From contig JAFDWI010000355.1 in assembly GCA_018268545.1 (NCBI GenBank), positions 1-24,518 of the forward strand: DNA of 24,518 nt, read 5' to 3'. This document shows, piece by piece, positions 1 through 8,984 of the stretch. The position numbers and the translations under genes were made by a program. The first letter of the stretch is position 1, and each line of letters begins with the position of its first letter. The DNA comes from Actinomycetota bacterium (GTDB lineage Bacteria > Actinomycetota > Acidimicrobiia > Acidimicrobiales > Iamiaceae). Below the pieces are notes generated by a model. That model was given only the letters and a program-made list of their open reading frames with translations. It searched no databases and was not told the DNA's origin.

Positions 1-1028
1 ATGATCTCGTCCGCACCGGACGACTTCGCCAGCCAGAACGCCTTCTCCCGTGCTTCGACCAGCTTGGACCCCGCCGCCGGAGGGAGCACGAACACGTCCA
101 TCGCTCCCAGTTCGGAGACGAGCTCGGCACAGCGGCCGATGTCCTCCCCCAAACGGTCCTCGCGCGGCGATTCCAACACGACCAGCAGGTAGGCGAGGGC
201 GTTGGCCTTGATCTCGTCGGGGAGGCCGAGTTCGAGCCCCACATAGGCCGTCGCGCCCGCCATCGTGAGGATGTCGATGTACTCGAGCATCATCGGATCG
301 AGCCCGGCGGCGACGATCCTGGGGACCGCGTGGGTCACCTCGTCGAGCGTCGCGAAGGGAGCGAGCACGGTTGCGACGTGCTCGAGGCGCGGGCGCAGCT
401 TGAGGGTCGCCTCGGTGACGAGCGCGAGCGTGCCCTCGGATCCGATCACGAGTTGCGTGAGGTCATAGCCGCTCGAGGACTTCACGTACTTGCCGCCCGA
501 ACGGATCACCTCGCCACTCGGGAGCACCGCTTCGATCCCGAGGACGTTGTGCCGGGTCACGCCGTATTTCACGGCCCGCATCCCGCCGGCGTTCGTCGCG
601 ACGTTCCCGCCGAGACTCGCCGAGTTCTCGCCCGGGAACACCTCGTACACCAGGCCGGCCCGGGCGGTCGCCTCGTCGAGCTCGGCGAGGGTCACGCCGG
701 GCTGCACCGTGGCGGTGTGGTTGTTCGTGTCGATCTCGAGGACCGCGTTCATCCGGTCGAACGCGACGACGATCCCGTCTTCACGGGGACGACACGCACC
801 CGACATCCCGGTGCCGCTCCCGCGGGCGGTGACCGGCACCCCCGCGTCGTCCGCGATCTGCAGGATCCGGGCCGTTTCGTCGGTCGAAGCCGGCCGGACG
901 ACCGCGAGCGGTGTCACGGTGTCCATGCCGAGGGCTTCGTCGTGGGTGTCGTCGACGTTGATCGCAGCACCCACGGCCAGGTTCGCCGCGCCGACGACGT
1001 CGGCGATTCGGGACAACAAGTCGGTCAT
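1..1028 (-). CDS. FAD-binding oxidoreductase, GlcD/D-lactate dehydrogenase-like (FAD-linked oxidase family); 3' end runs off the window
   Basis: Translated by hand from ATG at 1028 (GGAG upstream): MTDLLSRIADVVG...VTARGSGTGMSG...VQPGVTL...SASLGGNVATNAGGMRAVKYGVTRHNVLG...SGYDLTQLVIGSEGTLALVTEATLKL. These are PCMH-type FAD-binding motifs. Absent from the ORF track because it has no stop in the window. Confidence 0.88.
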   Translation of the reverse strand, partial: MTDLLSRIADVVGAANLAVGAAINVDDTHDEALGMDTVTPLAVVRPASTDETARILQIADDAGVPVTARGSGTGMSGACRPREDGIVVAFDRMNAVLEIDTNNHTATVQPGVTLAELDEATARAGLVYEVFPGENSASLGGNVATNAGGMRAVKYGVTRHNVLGIEAVLPSGEVIRSGGKYVKSSSGYDLTQLVIGSEGTLALVTEATLKLRPRLEHVATVLAPFATLDEVTHAVPRIVAAGLDPMMLEYIDILTMAGATAYVGLELGLPDEIKANALAYLLVVLESPREDRLGEDIGRCAELVSELGAMDVFVLPPAAGSKLVEAREKAFWLAKSSGADEI

Positions 1029-1062
1029 CGGACGTTCTCCGGTGGTCGGCGACGGATCGGTT

Positions 1063-1977
1063 TCAATACGCCCACGGGTACGGCTCCCAGTCCGGTGGAC
1101 GTTTCTCGAGGAACGCGTCGCGCCCCTCCGCGGCTTCGTCGGTACCGTACGCGAGCCGGGTCGCCTCGCCGGCGAAGACCTGCTGGCCGACGAGGCCGTC
1201 GTCGATCAGGTTGAACGCGAACTTCAGCATCCGCTGGGCGGTCGGGCTCTTCGCGTTGATCTCGGCCGCCCAGTCGAGGGCGACCGATTCGAGCTCGTCG
1301 TGGGGGACCACGGCGTTCACCATGCCCATCGCGTGGGCTTCGGCGGCCGTGTAGGGACGCCCGAGAAAGAAGATCTCGCGGGCGAACTTCTGGCCGACCT
1401 GGCGGGCCAGGTACGCGGAGCCGAACCCGCCGTCGAAGCTCGCGACGTCCGCGTCGGTCTGTTTGAATCGGGCGTGTTCGGCGCTCGCGAGGGTCAGGTC
1501 GCACACCACGTGCAGGCTGTGACCGCCTCCCGCGGCCCATCCCGGGACCACGGCGATCACCACCTTGCCCATGAATCGGATCAGGCGTTGGACCTCGAGG
1601 ATGTGGAGCCGGCCTGCTCGTGACGGGTCGATCGTGGCGGCCTCGTCGCCCTCGGCGTAGCGGTAGCCGTCCCTTCCCCGGATCCGCTGGTCACCACCCG
1701 AGCAGAACGCCCACCCGCCGTCGCGTGGCGACGGCCCGTTTCCCGTCAACACGACACAGCCGACATCGGCGGTCATCCGCGCATGGTCGAGTGCCCGGTA
1801 GAGCTCGTCGACCGTTGCCGGGCGGAACGCGTTGCGTACCTCGGGGCGGTCGAACGCGATCCGCACGGTGCCCTGGTCGGTGCACCGGTGATACGTGATG
1901 TCCCGGAAGTCGAACCCGGGAACCCGCTCCCAGCGATCCGGGTCGAACAGTTCCGAGACGCCGTCGGTCGAACTCAT
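1063..1977 (-). CDS. menB: 1,4-dihydroxy-2-naphthoyl-CoA synthase
   Basis: True start MSSTDGVSELF (ATG 1977, overlapping the SDR stop). Motifs RPEVRNAFRP, FCSGGDQ, GRLHILEVQRLIR, AAGGGHSLHVVCDL, QTDADVASFDGGFG and EGRDAFLEKR match the mycobacterial-type MenB. Confidence 0.96.
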   Translation of the reverse strand: MSSTDGVSELFDPDRWERVPGFDFRDITYHRCTDQGTVRIAFDRPEVRNAFRPATVDELYRALDHARMTADVGCVVLTGNGPSPRDGGWAFCSGGDQRIRGRDGYRYAEGDEAATIDPSRAGRLHILEVQRLIRFMGKVVIAVVPGWAAGGGHSLHVVCDLTLASAEHARFKQTDADVASFDGGFGSAYLARQVGQKFAREIFFLGRPYTAAEAHAMGMVNAVVPHDELESVALDWAAEINAKSPTAQRMLKFAFNLIDDGLVGQQVFAGEATRLAYGTDEAAEGRDAFLEKRPPDWEPYPWAY

Positions 1978-2741
1978 CTGGTGGTGGCGATCCCACCGTC
2001 GACAGCCAGGATCACCCCCGTCACATAGGACGCCGCCCGGGAGGCCAGGTAGATGGCGGTGCCGGCCATGTCGTCGGGGCGGCCGATGCGCTTGAGTGGT
2101 GCCGACGCGGCGATCATGTCGCCTGCCGCCGCGAGCGTCGCGGCCATCATCTTCGATTCGAAGGGTCCCGGTGCGATCGCGTTGACCGTGATCTCCGGGG
2201 CGAGCTTCGCGGCGAGATGACGGGTGAGCTGGTGGACGGCGGCCTTGCTCGCAGAGTACGAGTAGGTCTCCATGACCGGCACGTGGATGCCGTCGATCGA
2301 CCCGATGTTGATCACCCTGGAGGGGTCGTCCGCGGTTCCGGCTCGGCGCAGGGCGTCGACGAGGAACTTCGTGGTATGGAACACCCCCTTGACGTTCAGG
2401 TCGAGCGTGCGATTCCACGCGGCGTCGTCGAAATCGGTGAGCGGCGCACCCCAGGTGGCCCCCGCGTTGTTGACGAGGATGTCGAGCGAGTCCGAGTGAT
2501 CCAGGTACGCCTCGGCGAGCGCCCGACAGCCTGCTTCGGTCGACAGATCCGCGGGGATGGAGCGGCACGTCCCGATTTCGGCGAGTTCGGCCGCCACGGC
2601 ATCGCAGACGTCGGCCTTGCGTGACGAGATCGTCACGTCGGCCCCGGCGCGGACGAAGCCTTCGGCGATCATGAGTCCGATACCGCGCGAACCCCCGGTG
2701 ACGAGCGCGGACTTTCCTTCGATCGAGAACAGTTCCGACAT
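1974..2741 (-). CDS. Classical short-chain dehydrogenase/reductase (RhlG-like subgroup)
   Basis: 255 aa from MSELFSIEGK. TGGSRGIG cofactor motif, NNAG, catalytic YSASK, NAIAPG. Confidence 0.92.
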   Translation of the reverse strand: MSELFSIEGKSALVTGGSRGIGLMIAEGFVRAGADVTISSRKADVCDAVAAELAEIGTCRSIPADLSTEAGCRALAEAYLDHSDSLDILVNNAGATWGAPLTDFDDAAWNRTLDLNVKGVFHTTKFLVDALRRAGTADDPSRVINIGSIDGIHVPVMETYSYSASKAAVHQLTRHLAAKLAPEITVNAIAPGPFESKMMAATLAAAGDMIAASAPLKRIGRPDDMAGTAIYLASRAASYVTGVILAVDGGIATTR

Positions 2742-2776
2742 CGGCGCCACACTATCCGAGCGATCACGGGGCGTGA

Positions 2777-3598
2777 TCAGCGTTGCTGACACCTGCGACA
2801 CCACGTCGTTCCGCGCCCGTCGAGCACCCGATGTGTCAGCGGCGTACCGCATCGTCGACAGTCCTGCCCGGCCCGGCCGTAGCAGTCGAGCTGCCACTGA
2901 TGCCGTCCCGTGTCGCCTTCGATGGTGCGGTAGTCGCGGAGCCGGGTCCCGCCGTTGGTGATCGCCTCGGTGAGCACGGTGACGATGGCTTCGTGCAGGC
3001 GGGCCGCCCGGGTAGGCCCGATCCGGCGGGCCGCGGGATCGATGCGTGCCCGCCACAGCGCCTCGTCCGCATAGATGTTGCCGATCCCGGCGACGACCCG
3101 TTGGGACAACAGCGCCGTCTTGACGTGCCGACGCTGCTGTGCGAGCGCTCGGTGCAGGTCGGGGGCCCCGAAGGACGGATCGAGCGGTTCGGGCCGTAGC
3201 GTCGCCAGGGTGGGCAGGCGCTCGTAGTGACCGGCGGTGACGACCGCGATCCGCCCGAATCGTCGCTGGTCGGTGAACGCCAGGGTTCGTCCGTCGTCGA
3301 GCGCCCACCAGGCGCGGCGCCACGGTTGCGTCCCGTCCTGATCGAGGGTTGTCGGTCGATCCGGCGTGAAGGCCAGCTGTCCGGTCATGCCGAGGTGGAT
3401 GATCAGCTCCCGGTGCCCTTCGAGCGAGATCTTCAGGTACTTGCCGCGACGGGTGATCTCGTCGATGCGGGACCCGACGCTGTCTGCGGCTTCGGCGAAC
3501 TTCACGGACGGGTGGCTCCCGGCCGCGACCACCTTCGAGCCGGGGAGTTCCCGGGCGAGCTGAGCCCGGATCGTCTCGACCTCGGGTAGTTCGGGCAC
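2777..3598 (-). CDS. mutM: Formamidopyrimidine-DNA glycosylase (Fpg)
   Basis: N-terminal (M)PELPEVE, RRGKYL, HLGMTG, H2TH GIGNIYADE, C-terminal zinc finger CRRC...WCRRCQ. Confidence 0.96.
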   Translation of the reverse strand: MPELPEVETIRAQLARELPGSKVVAAGSHPSVKFAEAADSVGSRIDEITRRGKYLKISLEGHRELIIHLGMTGQLAFTPDRPTTLDQDGTQPWRRAWWALDDGRTLAFTDQRRFGRIAVVTAGHYERLPTLATLRPEPLDPSFGAPDLHRALAQQRRHVKTALLSQRVVAGIGNIYADEALWRARIDPAARRIGPTRAARLHEAIVTVLTEAITNGGTRLRDYRTIEGDTGRHQWQLDCYGRAGQDCRRCGTPLTHRVLDGRGTTWCRRCQQR

Positions 3599-3735
3599 CC
3601 GACGAACCTACCGGTGATCGCTTGCTCGGCCCACGAGGATCCTCGGTGAGCGCATGGCGCTCCCGTACGCTGGATCCGAAAGGCGTCGCGCCATCCGGAC
3701 CGCCGCGGCCGGGACCCGACGGGGAAGATCACGCA

Positions 3736-4692
3736 ATGAAGGTCGTCATCGTGTTGTGCATCGTCGTCGTGGTCGCGGCGGCCGTGGCGTTCGCGATCCG
3801 TGCGGTCCGGTCGCGTTCGGCGCGCACCGACTGGTTGGGAGAACTCGACGAGATCCGCCGCGCGTCGCTCGGCGACGACGAGGAGGTGACCGGCGCCCTG
3901 GAAGCGGTCATCGTCGACGATGCCGACAGCGACGATTGGCCCGACTCGGAGCCGTCGGTCGAGGATCCCGAGCCCGTGGAGGACGAGGATGATGCCGACG
4001 CCGATGGGGACGCCGATGCGCACACCGACGGTACTGACGAAGACGGCGATGCCGATCCCGATGGTGCCGCTGCCGCGTCTGATGATGGCGTCATCGAGGC
4101 CACACGCGATGCCGCATCCACCGATGTCGAAACGGACGTGCCGCGTCCGACGCCGAAGCCCGTCGTCGTCACCGGGACACCCACCCGCACGGTCACCGAC
4201 GCCGGGAGCCTGTTCAACGAATACCAGTGGTCGGGGTCGGGCCTCGTCCGGGTCGAGACGACGAACCCGACCGGCCTGCGGGTCGTGGCGACCGAAGTCG
4301 TCGGTGACGGCGACGACGGGGCGGCACGAACCGACTTCGCCGTCGATCTTCCTCGCGGCACACTCTGGCTCCGGTCCGGACCGGGCAACCCGACGTGCGC
4401 GGTGCGCACGTCGGGCGCCTGGATCAGCGCGTCCGGGGTGTTCCTCGTCGTCGCATCCGAGGACGAATGGACCTACGTGATGTGTCTCGAAGGCGAGGGC
4501 ACGATCCAGCCGCATGGAAATGGCCGACGGGAGACGCTGCACGCCGGACAGCTCGGGCGCGTCCGACCCGACTCCGACGGCTGCGACGTGATCGAGACCG
4601 GGATCGACGCGCTCGAATCCGAAGGGGCGGTCCGTCGCCAACGTCGCCTCGACGGCGGCGTCGGTCCTGCCACCGACGTCACGCAGCCATGA
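3736..4692 (+). CDS. Single-pass membrane protein with acidic linker and C-terminal FecR-like beta domain
   Basis: Start MKVVIVLCIVVVVAAAVAFAI (hydrophobic helix), then an Asp/Glu-rich linker. The C-terminal DLPRGTLWL...VRTSGAWISASGVFLV...TYVMCLEGEGTI...TLHAGQ follows the FecR strand pattern. Confidence 0.65.
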   Translation: MKVVIVLCIVVVVAAAVAFAIRAVRSRSARTDWLGELDEIRRASLGDDEEVTGALEAVIVDDADSDDWPDSEPSVEDPEPVEDEDDADADGDADAHTDGTDEDGDADPDGAAAASDDGVIEATRDAASTDVETDVPRPTPKPVVVTGTPTRTVTDAGSLFNEYQWSGSGLVRVETTNPTGLRVVATEVVGDGDDGAARTDFAVDLPRGTLWLRSGPGNPTCAVRTSGAWISASGVFLVVASEDEWTYVMCLEGEGTIQPHGNGRRETLHAGQLGRVRPDSDGCDVIETGIDALESEGAVRRQRRLDGGVGPATDVTQP

Positions 4693-4699
4693 TGGAGAC

Positions 4700-5503
4700 A
4701 TGAACGACGTGCACGACGACCGGTACGACCCCTACGAGCACATCCGCTTCGAGCGGCGGGCGAACGGGGTGCTCCACCTGCGACTCGATCGACCCGACGT
4801 GCTCAACGCGACCGACGAGGTCCTGCACCGGGAACTGTCGGTGGTCTGGCGCGACATCGATGCCGACCCGGCGGTACGGGTCGCCGTCATCGACGGCGCG
4901 GGCCGGGGATTCTCCGCCGGCGGCGACCTCGACATGATCGAACGGATGACGACCGACCCGGTCCTACGGACGCGGGTCATGGCCGAAGCGCTCGATCTGG
5001 TCCGCAACCTGATCGACTGCTCGAAGCCGGTCGTGTCCGCCGTGCACGGTCCGGCGGTCGGCGCGGGACTGGTCGCCGCACTCCTCGCGGATGTGTCGGT
5101 CGTCGCCGAAGATGCGACCCTCATCGACGGCCACACGCGACTCGGGGTCGCGGCCGGGGATCACGCCGTGTTGTTGTGGCCGTTGCTGTGCGGGATGGCC
5201 AAAGCCAAGTACCACCTGTTGTTGTGCGAACCGATGAGCGGTGCGCGTGCCGAACAGCTCGGGATGGTGTCGCTCTCGGTGCCCCGCGACGACGTCCTGC
5301 CCACGGCATTCGACATCGCGGACCGTCTCGCGACCGGCGCGCAGGAAGCGATCCGGCTCACCAAGCGGGCGCTGAACGGATGGCTCACCCAGGCGTGGCC
5401 GTTGTTCGAGGCGTCCTGGAACTACGAATCGTCCGGTTTCGCCGGTGAAGACGTGCGCGAAGGGGTGGCGTCGCATCGCGAGAAGCGGCCGCCGGTGTTC
5501 TGA
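4700..5503 (+). CDS. Crotonase/enoyl-CoA hydratase superfamily protein (His/Asp-type active site)
   Basis: LDRPDVLNA, FSAGGDL, KPVVSAVHGPAVGAG, C-terminal EGVASHREKRPPVF. GGAGA ribosome-binding site upstream. Confidence 0.92.
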   Translation: MNDVHDDRYDPYEHIRFERRANGVLHLRLDRPDVLNATDEVLHRELSVVWRDIDADPAVRVAVIDGAGRGFSAGGDLDMIERMTTDPVLRTRVMAEALDLVRNLIDCSKPVVSAVHGPAVGAGLVAALLADVSVVAEDATLIDGHTRLGVAAGDHAVLLWPLLCGMAKAKYHLLLCEPMSGARAEQLGMVSLSVPRDDVLPTAFDIADRLATGAQEAIRLTKRALNGWLTQAWPLFEASWNYESSGFAGEDVREGVASHREKRPPVF

Positions 5504-5534
5504 GCCCCACGGAACTCCACGGACCCGACGCGCC

Positions 5535-5987
5535 TCAGGCGGTGTCTGGTGGGAGGTCCGCTCGTCGGTCGTAGCGGGCCACCGTGAACGCGATCAGGAT
5601 CGGCACGTGGACGGCGTACACCACGATCGACAGCGTCAGCACGATCAGTGGGCTGCCGGACAGTCCGTCCCGGAGGAACGCGTACTCGATCATCCCCGCC
5701 GTCACCACGTACGCGAGGAGACCCCAGCGAAACACCTGGAAGAACCGGGAGAAATTGAAGCCGCGTGTCCGTGCCAACAGGATCATGTTGGCCACGAGCA
5801 GCGCTGCCGACAGCGCGAGGAGAAGAATCGCCGGGGCGAGCGGAACCGCATGGGGGAGATGCGCCGCGAGGTAGATGCCGCCGATGATGATCAGCGCGAG
5901 TGAGGTCATGCCGATCTCGGTCACCGGCGGGATCTTCACACCCGGAGCAGCGCCGTGGGTGACCGGTGGAAGCTGGTGGACGCTCAC
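5535..5987 (-). CDS. Hypothetical integral membrane protein (~4 TM)
   Basis: GTG 5987 overlaps the upstream stop (GTGA). 150 aa with four hydrophobic segments, ending FTVARYDRRADLPPDTA. Confidence 0.75.
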   Translation of the reverse strand: MSVHQLPPVTHGAAPGVKIPPVTEIGMTSLALIIIGGIYLAAHLPHAVPLAPAILLLALSAALLVANMILLARTRGFNFSRFFQVFRWGLLAYVVTAGMIEYAFLRDGLSGSPLIVLTLSIVVYAVHVPILIAFTVARYDRRADLPPDTA

Positions 5988-6613
5988 ATGAACCCCGCGA
6001 TGCGGGTCATGATGATGATTGTCAGCACCTGCATCGTCCCGGTGATCGCCGACGTGTAGATGAAACGCTTCATCAGCTTCTCGATGACGGCGGGGTTCGG
6101 GTCGGGTTTGCGCAGTTCGAACAGCACCGCGATGTTCGCCGGCTCGAGGAGCCCCAGCGCGATCACGGCCATGATGCCGACGATGACGAAGCTCGCGACG
6201 ATCCAGCCGTGACCGGGGAACGCAGAGTCGACGGTCCCCAGGTACGAGCCGAGTTGCCAACCGCCCGCGAGGGTGAGCGTGACCACGGTCGGCATGATCA
6301 ACACCATCTTCGGCATGAGCTTCTTGGTCAGCTCGATACGCGACGCGATCGTCATCGTGCCGAGGATCGGGCCGATCACAAGCCCCATGAACAGGTCGAT
6401 CGTCGTCCAGGCGGCGCCACCCCCGACGTGCGCGAGTTCGAGCGGCCACCGTCGGTTCGTCGCGATCGCCACGACCAGGAGCACCATCGCGATCGCGACG
6501 ACCACGAGGCCCTTGCGTGGCACGATCTCGAAATCGAGTGCCGGCCCGGCGTGACCCGGACCGGGGTGCGTCGTCGGTCCCCCGGCGTCGATGTCGACCA
6601 CGCTCTCGGCCAT
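5984..6613 (-). CDS. Hypothetical integral membrane protein (~5 TM)
   Basis: ATG 6613 preceded by a TACGAT -10-like hexamer. 209 aa with multiple TM helices; segment LAHVGGGAAWTTIDLFMGLVIGPIL. Confidence 0.8.
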   Translation of the reverse strand: MAESVVDIDAGGPTTHPGPGHAGPALDFEIVPRKGLVVVAIAMVLLVVAIATNRRWPLELAHVGGGAAWTTIDLFMGLVIGPILGTMTIASRIELTKKLMPKMVLIMPTVVTLTLAGGWQLGSYLGTVDSAFPGHGWIVASFVIVGIMAVIALGLLEPANIAVLFELRKPDPNPAVIEKLMKRFIYTSAITGTMQVLTIIIMTRIAGFM

Positions 6614-6696
6614 CGCGCTGATCGTAGACCCGTTCACGGGACGCGTGTCGGGAAACGAGCGACCACGACCGCTCACGAGGGCCGCGCCGCGGCCGT

Positions 6697-7083
6697 TCAG
6701 CTCGTCGAGTGGAAGTCCAGCGAGGCCGAATTCATGCAGAAACGTTGGCCGGTGGGTGCCGGGCCGTCGTCGAACCGATGGCCGAGGTGCGCGTCGCAAC
6801 TCGCGCACCGGACCTCGGTCCGGACCATGCCGTGGGACCCGTCGGTCACGAGCCGGACCCGGCTCGGGTCGATCGCCTCGAAAAAGCTCGGCCACCCCGA
6901 ACCCGATTCGAACTTGGTCGCCGAATCGAACAGGACCTCGCCACACACGATGCAGCGGTAGTTCCCCTCCGCGTGGTTGTCCCAGTAGATGCCGGTGAAC
7001 GCGGTTTCGGTGCCACCGTTCTGGGTGACCTCGTATTGCAGGGGTGTGAGCCGAGCCCTGAGCTCGTCGTCGGTTTCGCGCAT
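6697..7083 (-). CDS. msrB: Peptide-methionine (R)-S-oxide reductase
   Basis: LTPLQYEVTQ, GTETAF, Zn ligands CIVC and CASC, GWPSF, HLGHRFDDGP, catalytic RFCMNS. Start taken at ATG 7083 (GGAG just upstream); ATG 7113 is an alternative. Confidence 0.96.
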   Translation of the reverse strand: MRETDDELRARLTPLQYEVTQNGGTETAFTGIYWDNHAEGNYRCIVCGEVLFDSATKFESGSGWPSFFEAIDPSRVRLVTDGSHGMVRTEVRCASCDAHLGHRFDDGPAPTGQRFCMNSASLDFHSTS

Positions 7084-7187
7084 CGGTATCTCCGTTTCGT
7101 CGTGCAGCTCCATTGTGCCCTGCGCGTGAGCCGACTCCTCGGGGGTCGCCGTGGGGCCGACCGGGACGTTCCCCTACGATCGTGCCC

Positions 7188-8984
7188 ATGACCGACTACG
7201 TACCGCCGCTGGCCGACATCGAATTCGCCCTGCACCACGTCGCCGATCTCGACGAACTCGCCGGCTTCGAGCCGTTCGCCCATGCCGACTCCGACAGTGT
7301 CGCGTCGATCCTCGGTGAATTCGGCCGGTTCGTGTCCACCGAGGTCGCGCCGACGAACCACGTCGGCGACGTCGAGGAATCGCGCTTCGCCGACGGTCGC
7401 GTCACCACCCCCGAGGTCTTCAAGCGCGCCTATCGCGGTTTCGTCGACGCCGGTTGGGGAGCGGTCGCGTTCGAGGAGGACTTCGGCGGCGGTGGCTTCC
7501 CGTGGTTGGTCGGGATCGCGATGCAGGAGATGCTGAACAGCGCGAACATGGCGTTCGCGATGGCCCCGCTGCTCACGCAGGGCTCGATCGAGGCCATCCG
7601 GGTCCACGGCGACGAAATGCTGCAGTCGGTGTACCTGCCGCGCCTGGTGAGCGGCGAGTGGACCGGTTCGATGAACCTGACCGAACCCGACGCGGGGTCC
7701 GATGTGGGCAACGTGCGGACGCGAGCGGTCCGTGCCCAAGACGGCACGTACCGGATCACCGGCACCAAGATCTTCATCACCTTCGGCGAACACGATCTGA
7801 CCGAGAACATCGTGCACCTCGTCCTCGCCCGGCTTCCCGAAGCGCCCCCGGGGACCAAGGGGATCTCGTGCTTCATCGTCCCGAAGTTCCTCGTGAACGA
7901 CGACGGCTCGCTCGGTGCGCGCAACGACGTCGAGTGCCTGAGCATCGAACACAAGATGGGGATCAAGGCGTCGCCGACGTGCGTGCTGGACTACGGCACG
8001 TCATCCGATGGTGCGATCGGATGGCTCCTCGGTGACGAGAACTCGGGCATGCGCACGATGTTCACGATGATGAACAACGCCCGGCTCGGCGTCGGCATGG
8101 AAGGTCTCGGCCTCGCCGAACGCGCGTTCCAGCAAGCCGTCACCTACGCGCGCGAACGGCTCCAGGGGCGCGCCGTGGGGGCGGAACCCGGCACCCGGTC
8201 GCCCATCATCGAGCACCCCGACGTCCGGCGCATGCTGCTGTCGATGAAGTGCCAGATCGAGGCGATCCGGGCGCTGTGCTACTTCGACGCCTACCACATC
8301 GACCGATCCCGCTGGCATCCCGATCCCGACGAACGGGCTGCATCCGACGAACTCGTGGCCCTGTTGACGCCGCTGTGCAAGGCGGGGGGGACCGACCTGG
8401 CCGCCGAGGTGACCTCGACGGGCGTCCAGGTCCACGGCGGCATGGGTTTCATCGAGGAAACCGGTGCCGCGCAGCACTACCGCGACGCGAAGATCACCCA
8501 GATCTACGAGGGCACGAACGGGATCCAGGCGATCGATCTCGTCCTGCGGAAGCTCCCCGTCCGGGGAGGCGCCGTCTTCGAGCGGCTGGTCACCGCGGTC
8601 CGTTCCACCGTCGATGCGCTGTCGGCCTCGGGTGACGACGGCGCGGCCATCGCCGCGCGACTGGCCGAGGCCACCGACGCCGTCGAGGCCGACGCCCGGT
8701 GGCTGGCCGAGCAGGCGAGCCGGGACGTGAACGGCGCACTCACCGGCGCCTCACCGTTTCTCGTGATGTGCGTGCGACTCGTGAGCGGGTGGCTCCTCGC
8801 CGTCGAGGCACTCGCCGCGCAGCGCCTGATCGACGCCGGCGAGGGCGACGAGGCGTTCAACACCGCGAAGGTCGCGACGGCGGTGTTCCACGCCGAGAAC
8901 GTGGTCGCGACCGTCCCCGGCCTGTCTCCGGCGGTGCGCACCGGTTCGCAACGGCTCTTCGCCGTAGCGGCCGACGCCTACTGA
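7188..8984 (+). CDS. Acyl-CoA dehydrogenase, ~600-aa DmdC/FadE5-like subfamily
   Basis: Start MTDYVPPL. MNLTEPDAGSDVG, ITGTKIFITFGEHDL, EHKMGIKASPTC, MFTMMNNARL, QVHGGMGFIEE, IYEGTNGIQAIDL. Confidence 0.93.
   Translation: MTDYVPPLADIEFALHHVADLDELAGFEPFAHADSDSVASILGEFGRFVSTEVAPTNHVGDVEESRFADGRVTTPEVFKRAYRGFVDAGWGAVAFEEDFGGGGFPWLVGIAMQEMLNSANMAFAMAPLLTQGSIEAIRVHGDEMLQSVYLPRLVSGEWTGSMNLTEPDAGSDVGNVRTRAVRAQDGTYRITGTKIFITFGEHDLTENIVHLVLARLPEAPPGTKGISCFIVPKFLVNDDGSLGARNDVECLSIEHKMGIKASPTCVLDYGTSSDGAIGWLLGDENSGMRTMFTMMNNARLGVGMEGLGLAERAFQQAVTYARERLQGRAVGAEPGTRSPIIEHPDVRRMLLSMKCQIEAIRALCYFDAYHIDRSRWHPDPDERAASDELVALLTPLCKAGGTDLAAEVTSTGVQVHGGMGFIEETGAAQHYRDAKITQIYEGTNGIQAIDLVLRKLPVRGGAVFERLVTAVRSTVDALSASGDDGAAIAARLAEATDAVEADARWLAEQASRDVNGALTGASPFLVMCVRLVSGWLLAVEALAAQRLIDAGEGDEAFNTAKVATAVFHAENVVATVPGLSPAVRTGSQRLFAVAADAY

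Noticed and set aside
1063-3323. Long N-terminal extensions on menB, SDR and other genes as given by the ORF track
   Set aside because: The extensions are off-frame translations of neighbouring genes or intergenic DNA. Internal starts fit family N-termini, RBS/-10 positions and stop-start overlaps.
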